A stretch of 64,000 bases of DNA from Takakia lepidozioides. Its lineage: Eukaryota; Plantae; Bryophyta. The position numbers and the translations under genes were made by a program. Below the pieces are notes generated by a model. The model was not told where the DNA came from, searched no databases, and worked only from the letters and a program-made list of their open reading frames with translations. Each line of letters begins with the position of its first letter. Position 1 is the first letter of the stretch. The stretch lies in assembly GCA_030704615.1 (NCBI GenBank), contig CM060732.1, positions 35,154,001 through 35,218,000 on the forward strand, given 5' to 3'. This document shows positions 49,701 through 64,000 of the stretch, one piece after another.

Positions 49701-52700
49701 GACATTGTTCTAGTATTGGGCAATATGAGTGCAGGTAATGCACAATGAGCAATGCTTACGTTCCCTGTTGGCATTGCAGGAGGGTTCGATTTAATAGTAT
49801 CATCTTCGAAGTGAACAATGGTAGACAGCAAGGTAGCACATGAGTGTTCAATCTAGGTGAAATGAAGTGACTCATACTGAATCAGTGCTTGTTGCAGGTG
49901 TTTGTGTTGAGGATGAGAAGGGAGGAGTGGAGACGTTTGACAAGTGCATTGTGGGTGCTCACGCACCTGATGCCCTGGAGATGCTGGGAAAAGAAGCAAC
50001 ATATGAAGAGCGCCGTATTCTCGGTGCCTTTCAATACAGATATAGGTACAGTGGGGCTGAGCTCAAAGAGGTCTTGAAATTATGGGGCATTGCCAACACC
50101 CGACAAGTTAGAAAATGGAACGGTTATTACTATTAGCTCTTTGTAGATGAAAACCAATTGTCAGAGTCCAGTGTCAGATTCTTGAATCCTGTGAGGGTAA
50201 TAGCCAACTCGTCCCACTTGCTGAACCTGCTTCTCAGTTCTTTATTGAGCCACATGCAAAATAGGGAATGACCACACTAGCAGTGATAATCTCACCACTA
50301 TTGGTCGTACCGTTTGCACTGGCCTTGAAACGTTTCCCACGTTGCTATGGGCTAAAAGCTTCAATCACTCTGAGGGCCTTTGGGTCTCCCGTGGACGTAA
50401 CATTTTTCCTGTTCTTCTTTTATAAATTTCCATTTCATTCATTTCATTTCTTATTTTGGGCTGCTTCTGGCTTCACTCTTTGTCTTTATTCTTTCTTGTT
50501 TCTTGCTTCCTTTTGTCCCATAAGCTCTTTGAGCTTTCTGCGGACGTTATAAAGTTCCAAATCAGTTCATTTCTTCCTTGTGCTTTGGTTGCTTTTGGGC
50601 TGTTTGTGGCCCCTCTCCCTTTCTTGTTTCTTTCTTCCTATTGTCCCACAAGCTCTTTGAGCGGACGTCATAAAGTACAATATCATTTCATTTGTTTCGT
50701 TAGTTTTCTCAAGGTTCCTGCTGAGAGAGCTAGGGAAGGTTCATCCTTTGCAAATGCCTTTATCTTCTACAGTGCGTACTGCTTTGGGTGGTGGCAGTGA
50801 TATATATGTGCATCGGGATACAAGGCTGATGCCAAAGAACCCAGCAGCTTGGGCTGCTTGGAATTTTTTAGGGGACATCAGTGGACATGTGTGTGTGACT
50901 TATTGGCTCAACATTCTTCAGGTGTGTACAGCTTGAGACGCAGCACCCAGAGTGTTTTTACGCAGTCTGCTGTTTGGTGCTCTTTTGGAATCCACCACTT
51001 TCTCATGCTTGTCACTCATGTTTTCACACGGAGACACTCATGCAATATAGCACACTGAATACCACTTAGTTGATTCCTGGGGACTAGTGAAACGTGAAGA
51101 GAAGATAGAGAGTTTAATGCACTACATGCACAGGTCCTTGACTTCGATCCTGAGAAATCTTTAGTTCTTGTGTTTTGACCTCTCATTCCAAATGTAGTCT
51201 CTATTCCTGGTTACGTGCCTATAGTAATTTGCCCATGTATATTGATTAAAAGTACATTGCATATCGGGGGCCCAATTGGTTCAAAGAATCTTGGAGATAC
51301 AGGGCGGCCATATTTGGTGACTCTGAACCCACCCAAACCCCCGGAGCATATTGTGAATGAGTGGCGCACCAGCCACCCTGTGCCATCCCCTGCTGCAGCC
51401 CAAGCTGCCAGGCATCTTGAAAGCATACAGGGCCAGCGAAACATCTGGTTTTGTGGAGCTTATCAAGGTACAAATCCCCATATTGTTGCATATGTTCTAC
51501 TTGTCTTCACATGAATGTCCTGTCTAAGTTCCTTTTGAATTTGTCCTTGCTAGAGTCTCCAAGCTTCGCAATCTAGTTTTCCTTGCAGCCATGTGGGTTC
51601 CTGCATGGGACAGTGCAGAAGGGCCTTGACCCATGCATGGTTATCTTTTCCAATGTCTGATGTATGGTTACAGCTTTCTTCACGAATGTCACCTTCTGCT
51701 TCTATGCTTTTACGCCACAGTGCTTTCAAAGTCTGGCAATAGACGCCAAGACCAGTGACTATTTTCAGCAAGACCTGTGATCACAAGAAATCTACCAACT
51801 GCAAATACTGTCCAAGTTGCAGTAAGTCCTTATTTGAATTTGAAGAAGGCCATTTCAGCTACCTGAAACTCTAAGCAATCACTAAGCAATAAATCATCTT
51901 CCTTCAGTAATGGTCATCTTGAATTGGGACATTGATAAGGTACAACAACTAATTACCCGTTATATAATATAATAAGGACAACTTGAAACCAAGTGAAAGA
52001 GTTTGGCACTCTCTATCACAAGGTCTATGGTACAGGAGTGTCAACCAAATGGGGAAATGATTGGTTTAATGGAGCTGTGCCAGCTTTTATTCTAGATTAT
52101 CATCCAACCAGTTCATAGTTTTTTGAGGCAGTGGCCAGTGGGTTTTCGATACTGGGATATGGCATTTGTGGAAATTGTGTTCTTCCTTGAAAGAGGCGAG
52201 AGTGTCATATTTGTTCTCATGTATATCTTGGTGGCTGTCTGTGTGTCACATCTGTAGGCTATGGTTTTCATGAAGATGGCCTCAAGGTACTCTTCAGCAC
52301 CCTTTCCATATGGCTTGACACATTTCTAACAACTAGTGTGATCAAGTTATATCATTGCCGTGTTATACCTGAAGGATTGTGGCGGGTTGAGGTGAAGGAT
52401 ATCTATATTGCCAATTGTGTCTTGCCTCACCCTAACGAGAGCATTGCATCCATTGTATGAAGGAACAGGAGAGTCTGGCAGGGCGTTGGTATGATCAGAA
52501 TGACATGTTCACTATAGTTCTGTTGTTTCAACTCAAGGATGTCCCAACTCAACAATTAATCTCTCAGCAGTCATTTCACCTACAAAGTTTGAGTTCTTTA
52601 CAGGCTGGTTTGGAAGCTGCAAATGCTATGCTAGGCAGAAAGTTTCAACCATTGCCACTTGTCAAGCAAATGGTGCCAACATGGTTGGAGTCAGGCTCTC

Positions 52701-55700
52701 GGTTGGCTGTGGTGGGATTCCTCCGCAAATTCATACGCACAGGACGCCTGCAGTATGTCCGGTCCACTTTCTAGGCGTCTTGTTTTCAGCCTGCTAGAAT
52801 TAGTTAAGATTATCAACTCACCACATGATTGTACAAAGGCTGAATGCATGCATTGACCTGTCAGTGGATACGTGCACATGAGTTGATACATACAGATACG
52901 CATGCACTTCTGAATGCAGTAAACGCTGAGAGAGATTGAATAAGCTTTCTTTTGGCCCAATCTTTCTTGTGGGCTAGAAAATGTATGGGTATATGCTTTG
53001 CGTGCTTCATGGAGGGTTGTAACCCATGATCTAAGAGGAAAGATATCGGTTGTTTCAGATTGGTCAGATGGATGGGTGGATAGCACAACTATTGTAAGTA
53101 GGTTGTGATATCTCAGTTGAGTTATAATAGATAGACATGGACAAGGTAATGTCTGATTTCCACATGTGGTGGGATGCGACCAGATTGCTGGAATCTGGTG
53201 GAACTGTGCTTGATTTCATTGGCGAGGAGAAGGGGTGCCCACTGCATAGTAGCCTGCGCATCCTTCGTCCTTCCTTTTACTGGAAGGTTTGTACTTGCTA
53301 CCAGCCTTCTTGAAATGCTGTTGATGTCCAGCTCTGGTCATCTTGCAAAGAATTGGTGCCCATGTCTGCATTGCAGCTTTTGAGCAAAAGTTGCGCGTTG
53401 AAGCATCATAGTGTCTTGTCCATTTCAGTTCTTTTTTTGTTGCTGTGGGGATGCAAATGAAGAAAGTTCTCATGTGACAAGTGAGGAAGGCAGGTTGCCA
53501 CAAGGCAGGACCTGGGATTGGCGGACGCTTATATAGATGGCGACTTCTCTTTTGTGGATAAGAAAGATGGGCTTCTCAACTTTTTGCTGGTATGTAGCTG
53601 ATCATGCCTACTGAAAATCTCCTTCTCAACCATGTATTAAATGTGCACTATCTTTGTCCAGTAACTTTGATCTGCTTGACCTATATCCAATCTGGAGGGG
53701 GTCCAGAAGCTATACCTGGAACATTGCACAATGAGCTCGACCCATTATGGTGACTGCCAGAAATGCCAGAGACATCACAACTTCTTTCCTATCTATACTT
53801 TTAATAAGTCATGCAGCTTCCAACATCTTCAATGTCTGTCACAGTTCAAGGGCATGGTGCTAATTTCCTTGTCACTACTTTAATTACACGTCCAGATTAT
53901 GCTGCAGGATAATGTTATCCAACTTTAGAATCATGATCTATGCTCCTCTAATAGAAACTGTGATCTGGAGCATGGCAGGCTTCATTTCAATATGCACATT
54001 AAAGCTGTAGCAAATGTACCTGCCGGGCTTGAGACTAAGTCATAGACTTTGAAGTTCTCTCCAGTTCACATGAGTTTGGTGCTTTAATCATGGTGCAGAT
54101 TCTGATATCGAACAGAGATATTGGTCGGATGTCTTCAAGTCAATCAGTACAAAACAGGTGCACTCTGCAGCATACACTCCACTCCAATTAATGTTTGAGT
54201 GATTTTCTGTCACGAGTGAGGAGCTCCATATGTGGGAGGCACACAATAGGATATTATTGCAAATTCCTTGGCATTTTTCCAACAAAACGGCTTCCAAATT
54301 ATATACTAGAACTAGAACTATATACTAGAAGTCTTCAGGTTTTCTGAAAACTTTTTGATGTCCATCTACCTTGTTTTGGTTGCTGAAGGTTTTGATTAAT
54401 GAAGGTTGGCCATAGTAGTGATAGCTTTCGATTTTAGTGCTGATTGTTAAGTGCTTACTTTGGGTCCTCTCTCTCGAACTACTGAATTCCTGTCACGAGT
54501 GAGGAGCTCCATATGTGGGAGGCACACAATAGGATATTATTGCAAATTCCTTGGCATTTTTCCAACAAAACGGCTTCCAAATTATATACTAGAACTAGAA
54601 CTATATACTAGAAGTCTTCAGGTTTTCTGAAAACTTTTTGATGTCCATCTACCTTGTTTTGGTTGCTGAAGGTTTTGATTAATGAAGGTTGGCCATAGTA
54701 GTGATAGCTTTCGATTTTAGTGCTGATTGTTAAGTGCTTACTTTGGGTCCTCTCTCTCGAACTACTGAATTCTTTCTTTAGTTAAATACCATTTCATGCC
54801 ATTTGATTTCGTTTCATTTAATTTATGTGCTCCAGTAATCAATTCCTCTAGTTTTTCTCTTGCCATCTATTCTTGCCTGTATTTTAACTAGTTCTGATGG
54901 TTGTGATGGAGAGGGACAGGGGCTGGTGGAGTCCAGTTATGCTGACATCAGCAGTGGGGTTCGCACTATCCTATTTCCAGCATGCTCTACGTGGCAACTC
55001 ACTGACGAATTCCCGCAGGAACATCTCCCAACACTACGACCTGGTCCATCCCTCTCTTTCTCGGTGATTTAACTTATGTAGAGGTTTTCAGATTTGAGGA
55101 CCTGAAGTGGCTTGCAGCTTACCTGGATGAGGAACTTCAGGGGTCATATGGAGCACTCTCTTATTGTTCTATTGTATCCCATGGTCCTTGGGCCTCTGTG
55201 GAAGTAACAAATGTACTTATTGTCTTACCTAGTGTGCTGGAAGGCTATGGTGGTTTGCAAAGGTGGTATTGTTGAAAGTACATGTTTATACATGGCTACA
55301 GTTGGTTCTACACTGATGTCCTGACTCTAATTCAATCTTGGAATGGGACACTGTTACTTCTGAGGAAGATATGCAAGTTCCACACTAAGAAAGCCATCCA
55401 ATGGAGAGGGGTTGGCTCCTTGAGGGGGACTGCACTTTTTATGTCCAGGTCGTGCAACCAATGGATCTTTCACGACATGCTTCAGCTCCCAAGGATGCAT
55501 TACAATGGGGGTTTTTGTGGGTTTGCAGAGCAATGACTTGTTTGCATCATTTCTGGACGAGACAATGACTTACTCTTGTGCAATTTTTAAGGTACCCAGA
55601 GCAGTTCCTGCTTTCTCAAATTTCCAAGAAGGTGTGTTCGAGTGTGGAGATATTACCAGTGTGGTTGCATCTGTAAGTTTTGTCAATTAAGACATAGAAT

Positions 55701-58510
55701 GCCTGGGGGAAATAGATTAGTGGCGATCTAAGTATACCTTAGGGTGCCTAGTTTCTATGTGGGACATGCAGGAGATGCTGATGGATGTGGAACTTGAAAA
55801 CAGGGACCTGAAGAACCCTTGGTCTGTGCACAGATGCGCAAAATTAACCATTTAATTGACAAGGTAATTGCATGGTGCAAGTCCCCCATATCTCTCCCTA
55901 CTCACTCCTCCGGCCCTTGCTTGCTCTCTGGCAGTGCATCGTCATTCAAGCAGAGGATAAGCACACTTCACAGTGTGTTTCCTCCTTTAGAGTAAATGTT
56001 GATACTGGGAAAGGAAGGATGTACAAGAGTTCAGAAACAGGAAATCAATCCAGGTTCTGAAGGTAGTGTGTGACACGTGATATTGATGATTAGGCAAGGG
56101 TGGAGAGCACACACAAGGTGCTAGAGATCGGGTGCGGGTGGGGCAGCCTGGCACTGCAAGTGGTGCGCCGCACTGGCTGCCGCTACACTGGTATCACCCT
56201 CTCTGAAGAACAACTCAAGTTTGCACAGGCCCTTGCCAAGAAGGCTTGCCTGGAGGTTTGACTCATTCAAATTCCTTTCCTTGCTTTCCTTGTACAGAAA
56301 AATTAGGCAGTACCCAGACAAATCTCTCCATCAGTCTCTTCACGGATGTAATAAATGTCTACTGCTGTGGATAAGCCCTTGGAGCCTCCCTTGGACATAA
56401 TCAGTCTGTCTTCCCTGTCGACACTGTACGGTTCCTGTCTGTTATGTATGCTACAGGTCCCTGCAGACGCTATCTTTCCACTACCTTTCATACTTTTTGA
56501 TGCTGATGTGTAGTCTTAGGCTTGCTTGTTAAGGGCCCCACTTTCTTTCTTGTGCATCGTTCTTTCTTTGATCCCATAAGCTCTTGGGATCTTCACCTTG
56601 AAGTTGCAAAGTCTCTTCTTTCTTTCAATGAGGTACCATTTCATTTCTCCCAGGGTCTCTGTGTCTTGCTATGTGCAGTCATAGCAAACACACTAATGGT
56701 TAATCCAGACCAGCACATCCAATAGTAAGGCTTACTAATGGGTGAATGCAGTCCCCATCCCCTCCTTCCCCCACCATCAACTCCCAGACCAAGCTCCTGC
56801 CGTGCTCACAGCTGTTATTGGATTGGAATGCGCTGTGGTGATATCTTGTTAACCAGCTAATGTCGAGAGCAGGGTGGTTGGTGTGGTACCTTCCAGGATA
56901 GAATTACATTCAAGTTGTGCGATTATCGAACTTTATCAGGCTACCACAAATATAACCGCATCATATCCTGGTGAGGAGTGAAAGTCCATCTGGCATGCTA
57001 GTTAGGAAACTTTAATGAGAGCATGTGCGCTAGGTGGAGAGAAGAAGAAATGAGCTCCATCCTTGGACAGAAGTCTAGAGGGCATATGGACACAGAATTA
57101 CAAGGGAAAGTGAGAAAGATCGCTGTTATAATGAACCTCTGCATAGATGCACACCTGTATTTACAGTGAATATTGTCTGTCAGCGATGTATGAAGGCCAG
57201 CCCCCTTGAGAGGGTGTGCCGTCTTATTAGAGCAAACTGTTGCAGACCTTATATCATTACACAAGATGCAGGAGGCTTACTTCATGTCCTCTGCAGTGAA
57301 ATGCTGGAGGCTGTGGGACACGAATACTACAAGGACTTCTTCAGCCGTTGTGATTATCTTTTGGCCAAGGATGGCCTTCTGGTTGTGCAGGTTGATGCTT
57401 CCTTCCTCCACCTACTTTCACGTCACCCATGACAATGCCATTTGTGAATAATTTGTAAAGCAAGAATGTAGATTCTTCGGTGGAGTGCCACAGTTTGTTG
57501 ATGAGATTAGAGCACCTTGTATGCACAGGTGATATCCATGCCCGAGGAGAGGTATAACGAGTACCGTCGGAGCTCTGATTTCATCAAAGAATACATTTTT
57601 CCTGGGGGTTGCGTTCCGGCTTTCAGTACGCTCACTGCTGCTATGACTGCTGGCTCCTCTTTTTGGTACTCTCGCCCCCTAATGCCTCCCACAACCCCAC
57701 CTGTGTCATGGTCCTCTGGAACCATGTGGATGGAGTTTCTTTTCCTTTTCTTGAATCTGACTTACCAAATAATGACTTGCTCTTGTGATTGGCAGCGTGG
57801 AGCACATGGAAAATATAGGCATACATTACTGCGAAACACTGCTTCGGTGGCGTGAGAAATTCCACATGAATCGCAGGTTTCTCTCCTGTAGCTTTCCTTC
57901 CCCTCTGGCAAGTTATCTGACCTGTATTATACTCTTTGAATAGTGCACCATCTTCTGTGATTCAGTCTGTCCTCACTTGAGAGATTTTGGTTTTGGTGCA
58001 GTGAAATTTTGCGACTGGGTTTTAGTGAGAAGTTCATAAACATGTGGGACTATTATTTCCTCTATTGTGCGGCTGGCTTCAAGACCTGCACTTTGGGCAA
58101 CCTTCAGGTAACTCATTAGTAGATCAAAGCTGATAGACTGTTTGCAGTAAAAGCAAGACATACATTTTCGGGCACATAGGAGTTGCTAGTATCAGTGTCA
58201 AGCCTTAGGACCGGCTTGTCTCTGTCCATGATGCACTAGCCAGCTACTTTTCTTCATAAGTTTTTGAAGAAGGTATCATTCGGCAAATAGACATTCTACA
58301 TGGAGGGCTGACAGACATGTCCGTTCAATATCAATTTCTAGGAATGAATGACCCTTATACTATATCTCTTGGAGTCTGGAAAGCTTGACTTCTCCTAAAC
58401 CGGACGCATATCTGTGGGTGGTATTATCACATTCTGTGCAGATTGTCTTCTCCCGGCCTGGAAATGTGACACTATTTGGCAATCCGTACATCAGCTTCCC
58501 CATGGCATAG
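46736..58510 (+). CDS. CFA: Cyclopropane-fatty-acyl-phospholipid synthase, plant type (N-terminal FAD amine-oxidase-like domain plus C-terminal SAM-dependent CMAS domain), 24 coding exons
   Basis: ATG at 46736, MRVAVVGAGVAGL...GGHA...DTGFMVFNR. GT-AG exons can be traced through VTYPNM, CASIWSCP, WCGAYQ-like FCGAYQ^GYGFHEDGLK, RNISQHYDL^SNDLF, VLEIGCGWG, EMLEAVGHEY, IFPGG and IVFSRPGN...MA* (TAG 58508-58510). No disruption was seen. Confidence 0.93.
54207..54772. repeat. Apparently perfect 283-bp tandem duplication in a CFA intron
   Basis: 54207-54489 matches 54490-54772 (ctgtcacgagtgaggagc...ctactgaattc). Confidence 0.95.
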
Positions 58511-59739
58511 GGTACCCTGCCAAATAAGTATCCACTCTTCAATTATGCACATGTTTTCGACCTGAGCTAACATTCGTTTTTAGTTTACAACTAACAGTTC
58601 ATTACAGTTGTGCAGGACATCTGATGTCTTGCAGCTGGTCATTAATTCTTTGATGAATGATTCTCTAATTCATTGCCATGCACATCTTGTGTGTGCAGTG
58701 GAACACTGTACAGCACATGAAGTCCATGGCATTCAGCTATTTGCTGCTGCCCCTGACTCTTTGGACATTGAAGGTGAAAAGAGCTTTTTCTCTCCCAACA
58801 GTCCTCTTTCAGCTTGTTGCCTAGGCCCAATTCCCCTTAAGTTGAATGAGATAGAGTGATTGAATTGAATAACAACTCATATTAGTGATGGTAGTCTGCC
58901 AGGAATTGTCATTGGCTGGAGCTAAGCTTTAGGCTGTGACTCCCTTCACATTTTTCAAGGTTCCATTGTGCCTGAAAACCGACTACAAAGAAGTTGAAAA
59001 GTCAGAACCGGTTGAAGTAGAAAAGGGTGTGTGATTTATTGCTCTAATTCCTTGGGAGGGGCTTGTGATGTGTTTTTCTTGGGGCTGAAAACAGTTGCCC
59101 ACATGTTACAATGGAATTTGGGATTGATGCAAGATTCTTTTTAGGCTGGTCTCAGCCCATTCTATGCTCTTCTTTTGTGTAAATCTGGTGTCTGAGAAAC
59201 AAAATCAGTAAGGAAAGAAACAAAACCAAATCGTTATGATATTTGTTGAGCATCACATCATTAGCTCCATGGCTATTAATTGGTAATCTGAAGCACTACA
59301 ACAAAAGATAGATAAAACAGCTTGTGTACTATTATCAGTTTTGGTACCTGATTGGTTACCTGCCATCTCTCTCTCCCCAGATGTACCCATGCCGGATGTC
59401 CACCTCAGAACTAACCTCCATCCTCATCCTTTTATCGCTTCCATCTTGACTTCCAAATTTCTACAGGAACATGCTACCTACTTTCCATCACCACCATGAA
59501 CCCACACCATTTGCAGTTCATGCCAACCCTCCCTCCAGCACCTTCTATTATTACCTTGTCACCTTCACTCATCACCCCGATCCTGCTTGAGGCCATACGA
59601 ACTTCTTCCAGGCCTCCATCTGATTACCATTGGACACATTCCCTGCTCCCGAACGATAGAAGAGTCAAGTTTAGTTTCAACCTCAACAGGCCATCAATAG
59701 GAACCTCAGCTTCCTGCCTACCTTTTCCCCCTGATGTCA

Positions 59740-61060
59740 ATTAAGCTCTCTTCCTGGAATATTAGAGGACTAGGCCCTGAACCAAACCTCTCTTAAGAGA
59801 ATCAAATTGAGGACTTGGTGGCCCCATTCCTCCTGCATGACTCTATAGTTTTCCTTCAAGAGCACAAACCTGACCACTTATAGCCAAAATCTCTAACTCT
59901 CTGGAAGCCTACCTCCTCTGGTACACGAGGAGGAACAGCCATTTTCTTGTAGTCTTCTCTGCTCCCTGTTATGAACAAGGCTCAGGAACTTTGGCTCCCT
60001 GGCAGACGCCAATTCTGTTCCCTGCAGCTTCCCAACAACTCTGGCATGCTAGGCATAGTTAATTTACGCCCCCCAATGATCCCCAGGAAAGCGCCGATTT
60101 CTGGTCATTACTGGACAACAAGATGAACAGCGAAAATCAGATCGATGGTTGGATCCTAGCTGATGACTTCAACATGGTGGAATGGTGGAATCTCACTGAG
60201 GAAGAGGTTCTGGCCAATATGCCCCCGGTATTGATGAAGCCGATCAATGGCTTAATTTAACACAAAACCACAACATCACAGAATCTGTCACCCTTTCTCC
60301 CACCTCCCCCACGGCCGGTCACTCCTATTTCACATGGACCAACAATAGAGATCTTCCTAATCCTCAGATGCTCGTCTTGACAGAGTCTATGCCTCTCTCA
60401 ACATTATCCAATGGATGAAACGAGAACCACAGGATCCTGTCATGCAAGGTTTTGACCATGCTGCTGTGTCGTCCATCCCTCATATCCAGACTAGGGGAAG
60501 AGGTCTTGATATGTTAAACACTGAGTCTTCTGAAAATCCCCTCCTTCATAAGAGGCCTAGAGCTTGCCTGGGCAGAGGCTGGATCTCCTCATCAAAACCC
60601 AACTGACAAATTTGAGGCTAAACTGAAGGCTGCTTGAGCAGCCAGTCAGATGATGAGTAAGGAAATTGCTATCGCCAGGAAACGAAGGACGAAAGCGCTT
60701 ATCAAAATGTTTTATGGTTTGTCAATTCAGAGTCGAGTCACCAAGTTGCGATGAGGCAACCTACCTTACCTACCTCGAAGCCAGGAAAAACGTGTAGGAA
60801 CTCCAATCCCTGCAAGAACAGATGCTCAAACTACAGACTGGCACAATTGGTCAACGAAGGGTCAAAAAATGACAAAGTACTTCTTTGACAAAACTAAGCT
60901 CAGAATCTACTTCTGTTCTGGAGGGCGAACTTACAGACATTGAGCTAGGAGATGCTATGGCAAAAATGCACAACGACAAATGTCCAGGTATTGATGGGTC
61001 CCTGTGGAGTTTTATAAAACCATGTGGATGGATATATCAGAAGACTTCTACGCAATGGCC
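59740..61060 (+). pseudogene. Highly degenerate L1/Tx1-like LINE ORF2 fragment (APE endonuclease and RT N-terminus)
   Basis: Motifs spread across frames: LSSWNIRGLG, FLQEHK, WILADDFNMVE, FTWTNN, RLDRVY, ELGDAMAKMHNDKCPGIDG, EFYKTMW. Confidence 0.75.
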
Positions 61061-64000
61061 AGTCACATTTACCTCCAAGACATCGAGCGATCTCCTCGCT
61101 CTGCAGATGCGCTCTATGCTTCCTTCCGAGCAACTTGGGCAGTCAACGGGCTCATATGCGATGCTCCTGGAACAGATCGCCCCCAACACAGGGGAGAGAC
61201 CTCAACTCATCCATCCACGGCATCACCTGAACTGAAGCACGTCAAGGCATCATCAAATGGCTCCACATTTTTCTGATGATCTTCTTCATCACTTGTCTTC
61301 TCTTGCTAGCTATGCTCAGCACGCTTTGCTTCAGTGTAGTTGTTGAGGGCTCTCAGCGCTGCTGCCTCTCATCACGACTACGCCTCCCCCGTTCACTCAC
61401 TACGCTGTGTGTGCCTTATGGTGGCCCGGGTTTTAACTTTTTTTCCCCCTAATAATTCCAAATATATGTATTTCTTTTATTTTTCTTTTATTATAGTGTC
61501 TTAAAAATGTCTTAAATTGAAATAATTGGAATTAAGACGTTCTTTTTAACAACTTTTCAGTAATTAAATAGTTCTTTTTAGCAATGTTTTACAATTAAAG
61601 ACGATTTTCTCAAGTGTATTTTAAAAAACTATTTTTTTCTCTGGTTTTACTAATACAAACTTGATATAATTGTACCTTTTTGAAATTTTGAATTTTAAAT
61701 CATTTTTAAATTTACAATTATTGACATTTCATGATAATACATCCAGAATTAGACTTCTTATTAATTTTGGAAACATCATCAATAAGTCATACACACATCA
61801 AAATTGTACTTTATTTAAAAAAAACATAACATCAGAAGGATATTCAAAGTAAATTCAAAATTTTAAAAATACATATTAGCTTCAAATTTTAAATTTTAAA
61901 AATTAGAAAAAATACTGATTTTATATTTGAATTGTATAAATTTTTTTATTGAAGATTCAGCATTCAACTCTTTAATCTATATTTTATTGTAACCAATGGG
62001 TATGGAATTCCCAGAAGTTCAAGTTGTTGACATAGTTTTGTCTTTGGAGAAATTCGTGCCATGGTTCTGCATGTGCCACTGCATGCACGTAAATAGCATG
62101 GCTAAAATTGTAGCCACCGTGGGTGGCTAAAACCGCATTAAGTGGGATGTCTATCCCAGTAGTGGGCAAACAGAAATGTGGTTGTCCTTTTGATTTATTG
62201 GAATGAAAGGTTTTCAATATTATGGTAACAAAATTTTCACAACAAAACATCAATATTTTTCATCAAAAATAGCAACATTGTTTCGATGAAGAGTAGTTGT
62301 TGTTCAATTGTTATTGTAAAAGCGTTGACTCTACAAGATTTGGGCATTGAACTCCAAAGGAGTTGAATCAATATTACTCAAGTATCATTTTAGTGTTGAC
62401 TCAGCTGGGGGCATAGTTTGAGATGAGTCTACCAGAGCTTGATGATATGGTTAGCATCGAAGGATGGCTCCAAAGCACCATGATCGTTGTTCTTCATTGT
62501 CAGCTTGAAAAGTGATACTTGCAAATTTAGGTGATGTAAATTCAAGTGTGTCTGTAAGTACCTCTATCTCCCTGATTATATTTTTGCACTGACAATAAGC
62601 TCATTTAATGATGTCCAGATCTTTTGTAAATGCATCCATGACTACCGAGGCTTATGCACACTGTTGATTAACATTAGCAGTTAATTATGCATAAAGACCT
62701 TGTAACATATCTAACAACCCCCCTATTTATGTGTTGGTGGTTAGCCTAAATGTATTGCCCTTTACATTCAAACTCAAAGTGGCCGATCTTGGTTGCCAGT
62801 TCAGTGGTCCACCTCATAAACAACTCTTCCTGCTCCACATCCACCAAAAACTTGAAGGAAGAGAACTTATGGGGGAGGAAATATAAATTATGGTGTCACT
62901 TCATCCCACCTGATTACTGACATTTTTCGTTGTCCGCGCCTGCAGCAGCCTCCAAAGCTGTCATCCTCCGTCAAATTTCACCACAACGGACTCCCCTCTA
63001 GCGCATGGCTTTTCCTCTTCTTTAGGGTACGAGTTTGGAGGATCCAAGTAGCATCCGTATGTGGTGGCGGTTCACTAATTACTAAATTAGGTAGGGCTGC
63101 AAACAAATCTCGCAGATGCAATCACCTTTGACCTTGATCCACCGTTGCACACAGGGCCTATGTGCAAACTGCCACATACTTTGGGTGAGATCGACATGTG
63201 GACCGTCTTCTTGGCAAAGTAATCAGTTACCCATTAGTTACTTGTAACCAACCAAAATGCCATTCATTTCGATCCGCCAACGAGGTAGTTAGCTGTAGCA
63301 AATACATAGCTTGGTTGTGACGTATGTAATATGATCATGATACATGTTGTACATATGATCATTACAAAGTTTAATAACACCTACAAAATCACACACACAC
63401 ATTATCAACCAATCTCCCTTCTATTTTTCAGTTTTATGTTTGATTTACTAACACCTTGGTCTGAGCATGACAAAAGGTTATCAAATATGTTCCTGATTGA
63501 AGTGATGAACCCAAGGCAATGGGAAGGCCAAAGCCATGAGATATCAGCCTCCTCTCCCGCCATGACCACGGTGTGGAGCAAGCAAGTCCTTCATAAGGTA
63601 AGATCTTCTCCAGCAAAAATATGTTGGCTAATTGGGCATGGAGAGCAAGGCATCCTTGAAGGTACCTGAGATAAGCATAGAACATCTATAGGGCTTATGA
63701 ATGCTGAAGTTTTGAGCTAGGCCTCGGTAAGACAGCTTGCTGGAGTAGACGTGTACACCTAATACATGATCCGATCAATGCACATTACTCTTGTTTGCCG
63801 GTCCCCCGTAGCCGATGCCTTATGTCATATTTAGATACCTTATGATAAGAATGGGTTCCATTTCTTTGGCTCAAATGTTTCTATGTTTCTCCTGGTTATG
63901 GCTTTGCTCTTTATAGCACCATAAAAAATACCCAATTATGATATGCTGCTGGTAGATGTCTCGTAGTTTAGATAACTTGATCAAAGAATGCACATACTCT

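Noticed and set aside
61440-64000. AT-rich tract and downstream ORFs as a DNA transposon or LTR start
   Set aside because: No identifiable domain, TIR pair or TSD within the window.

Overview
Eukaryotic, intron-rich, TE-dense plant DNA; the TE families suggest a bryophyte, which is an inference. The only host gene that looks intact is a 24-exon cyclopropane fatty-acid synthase with an N-terminal FAD-oxidase domain (46736-58510, +). A diverged copy of its last six exons lies at 5.6-7.3 kb. Bases 12-43 kb form a nested TE stack whose levels can be resolved by target-site duplications (TSDs). An RLE-type LINE is interrupted by Mutator-like element A (12320-35759, 9-bp TSD). A contains a chromovirus LTR retrotransposon (16115-33543, 5-bp TSD) and a small CACTA. 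The chromovirus is interrupted by Mutator-like element B (18562-29987, 9-bp TSD). Element B is the most interesting part. It encodes a GCM-like/DDE/SWIM transposase and a divergently oriented, spliced cargo gene that joins a ParB/Srx-like domain to a beta-class-like amino (N6A/N4C) DNA methyltransferase domain. Two introns of that cargo gene carry 13 copies of a 24-bp palindrome, and element A carries a homologous palindrome array. The RLE-type LINE copies also contain a PCIF1/CAPAM-like methyltransferase segment. A Copia element at 38.3-42.4 kb is split by a roughly 2.9-kb inversion. All domain calls were made by eye from motifs; no searches were run.
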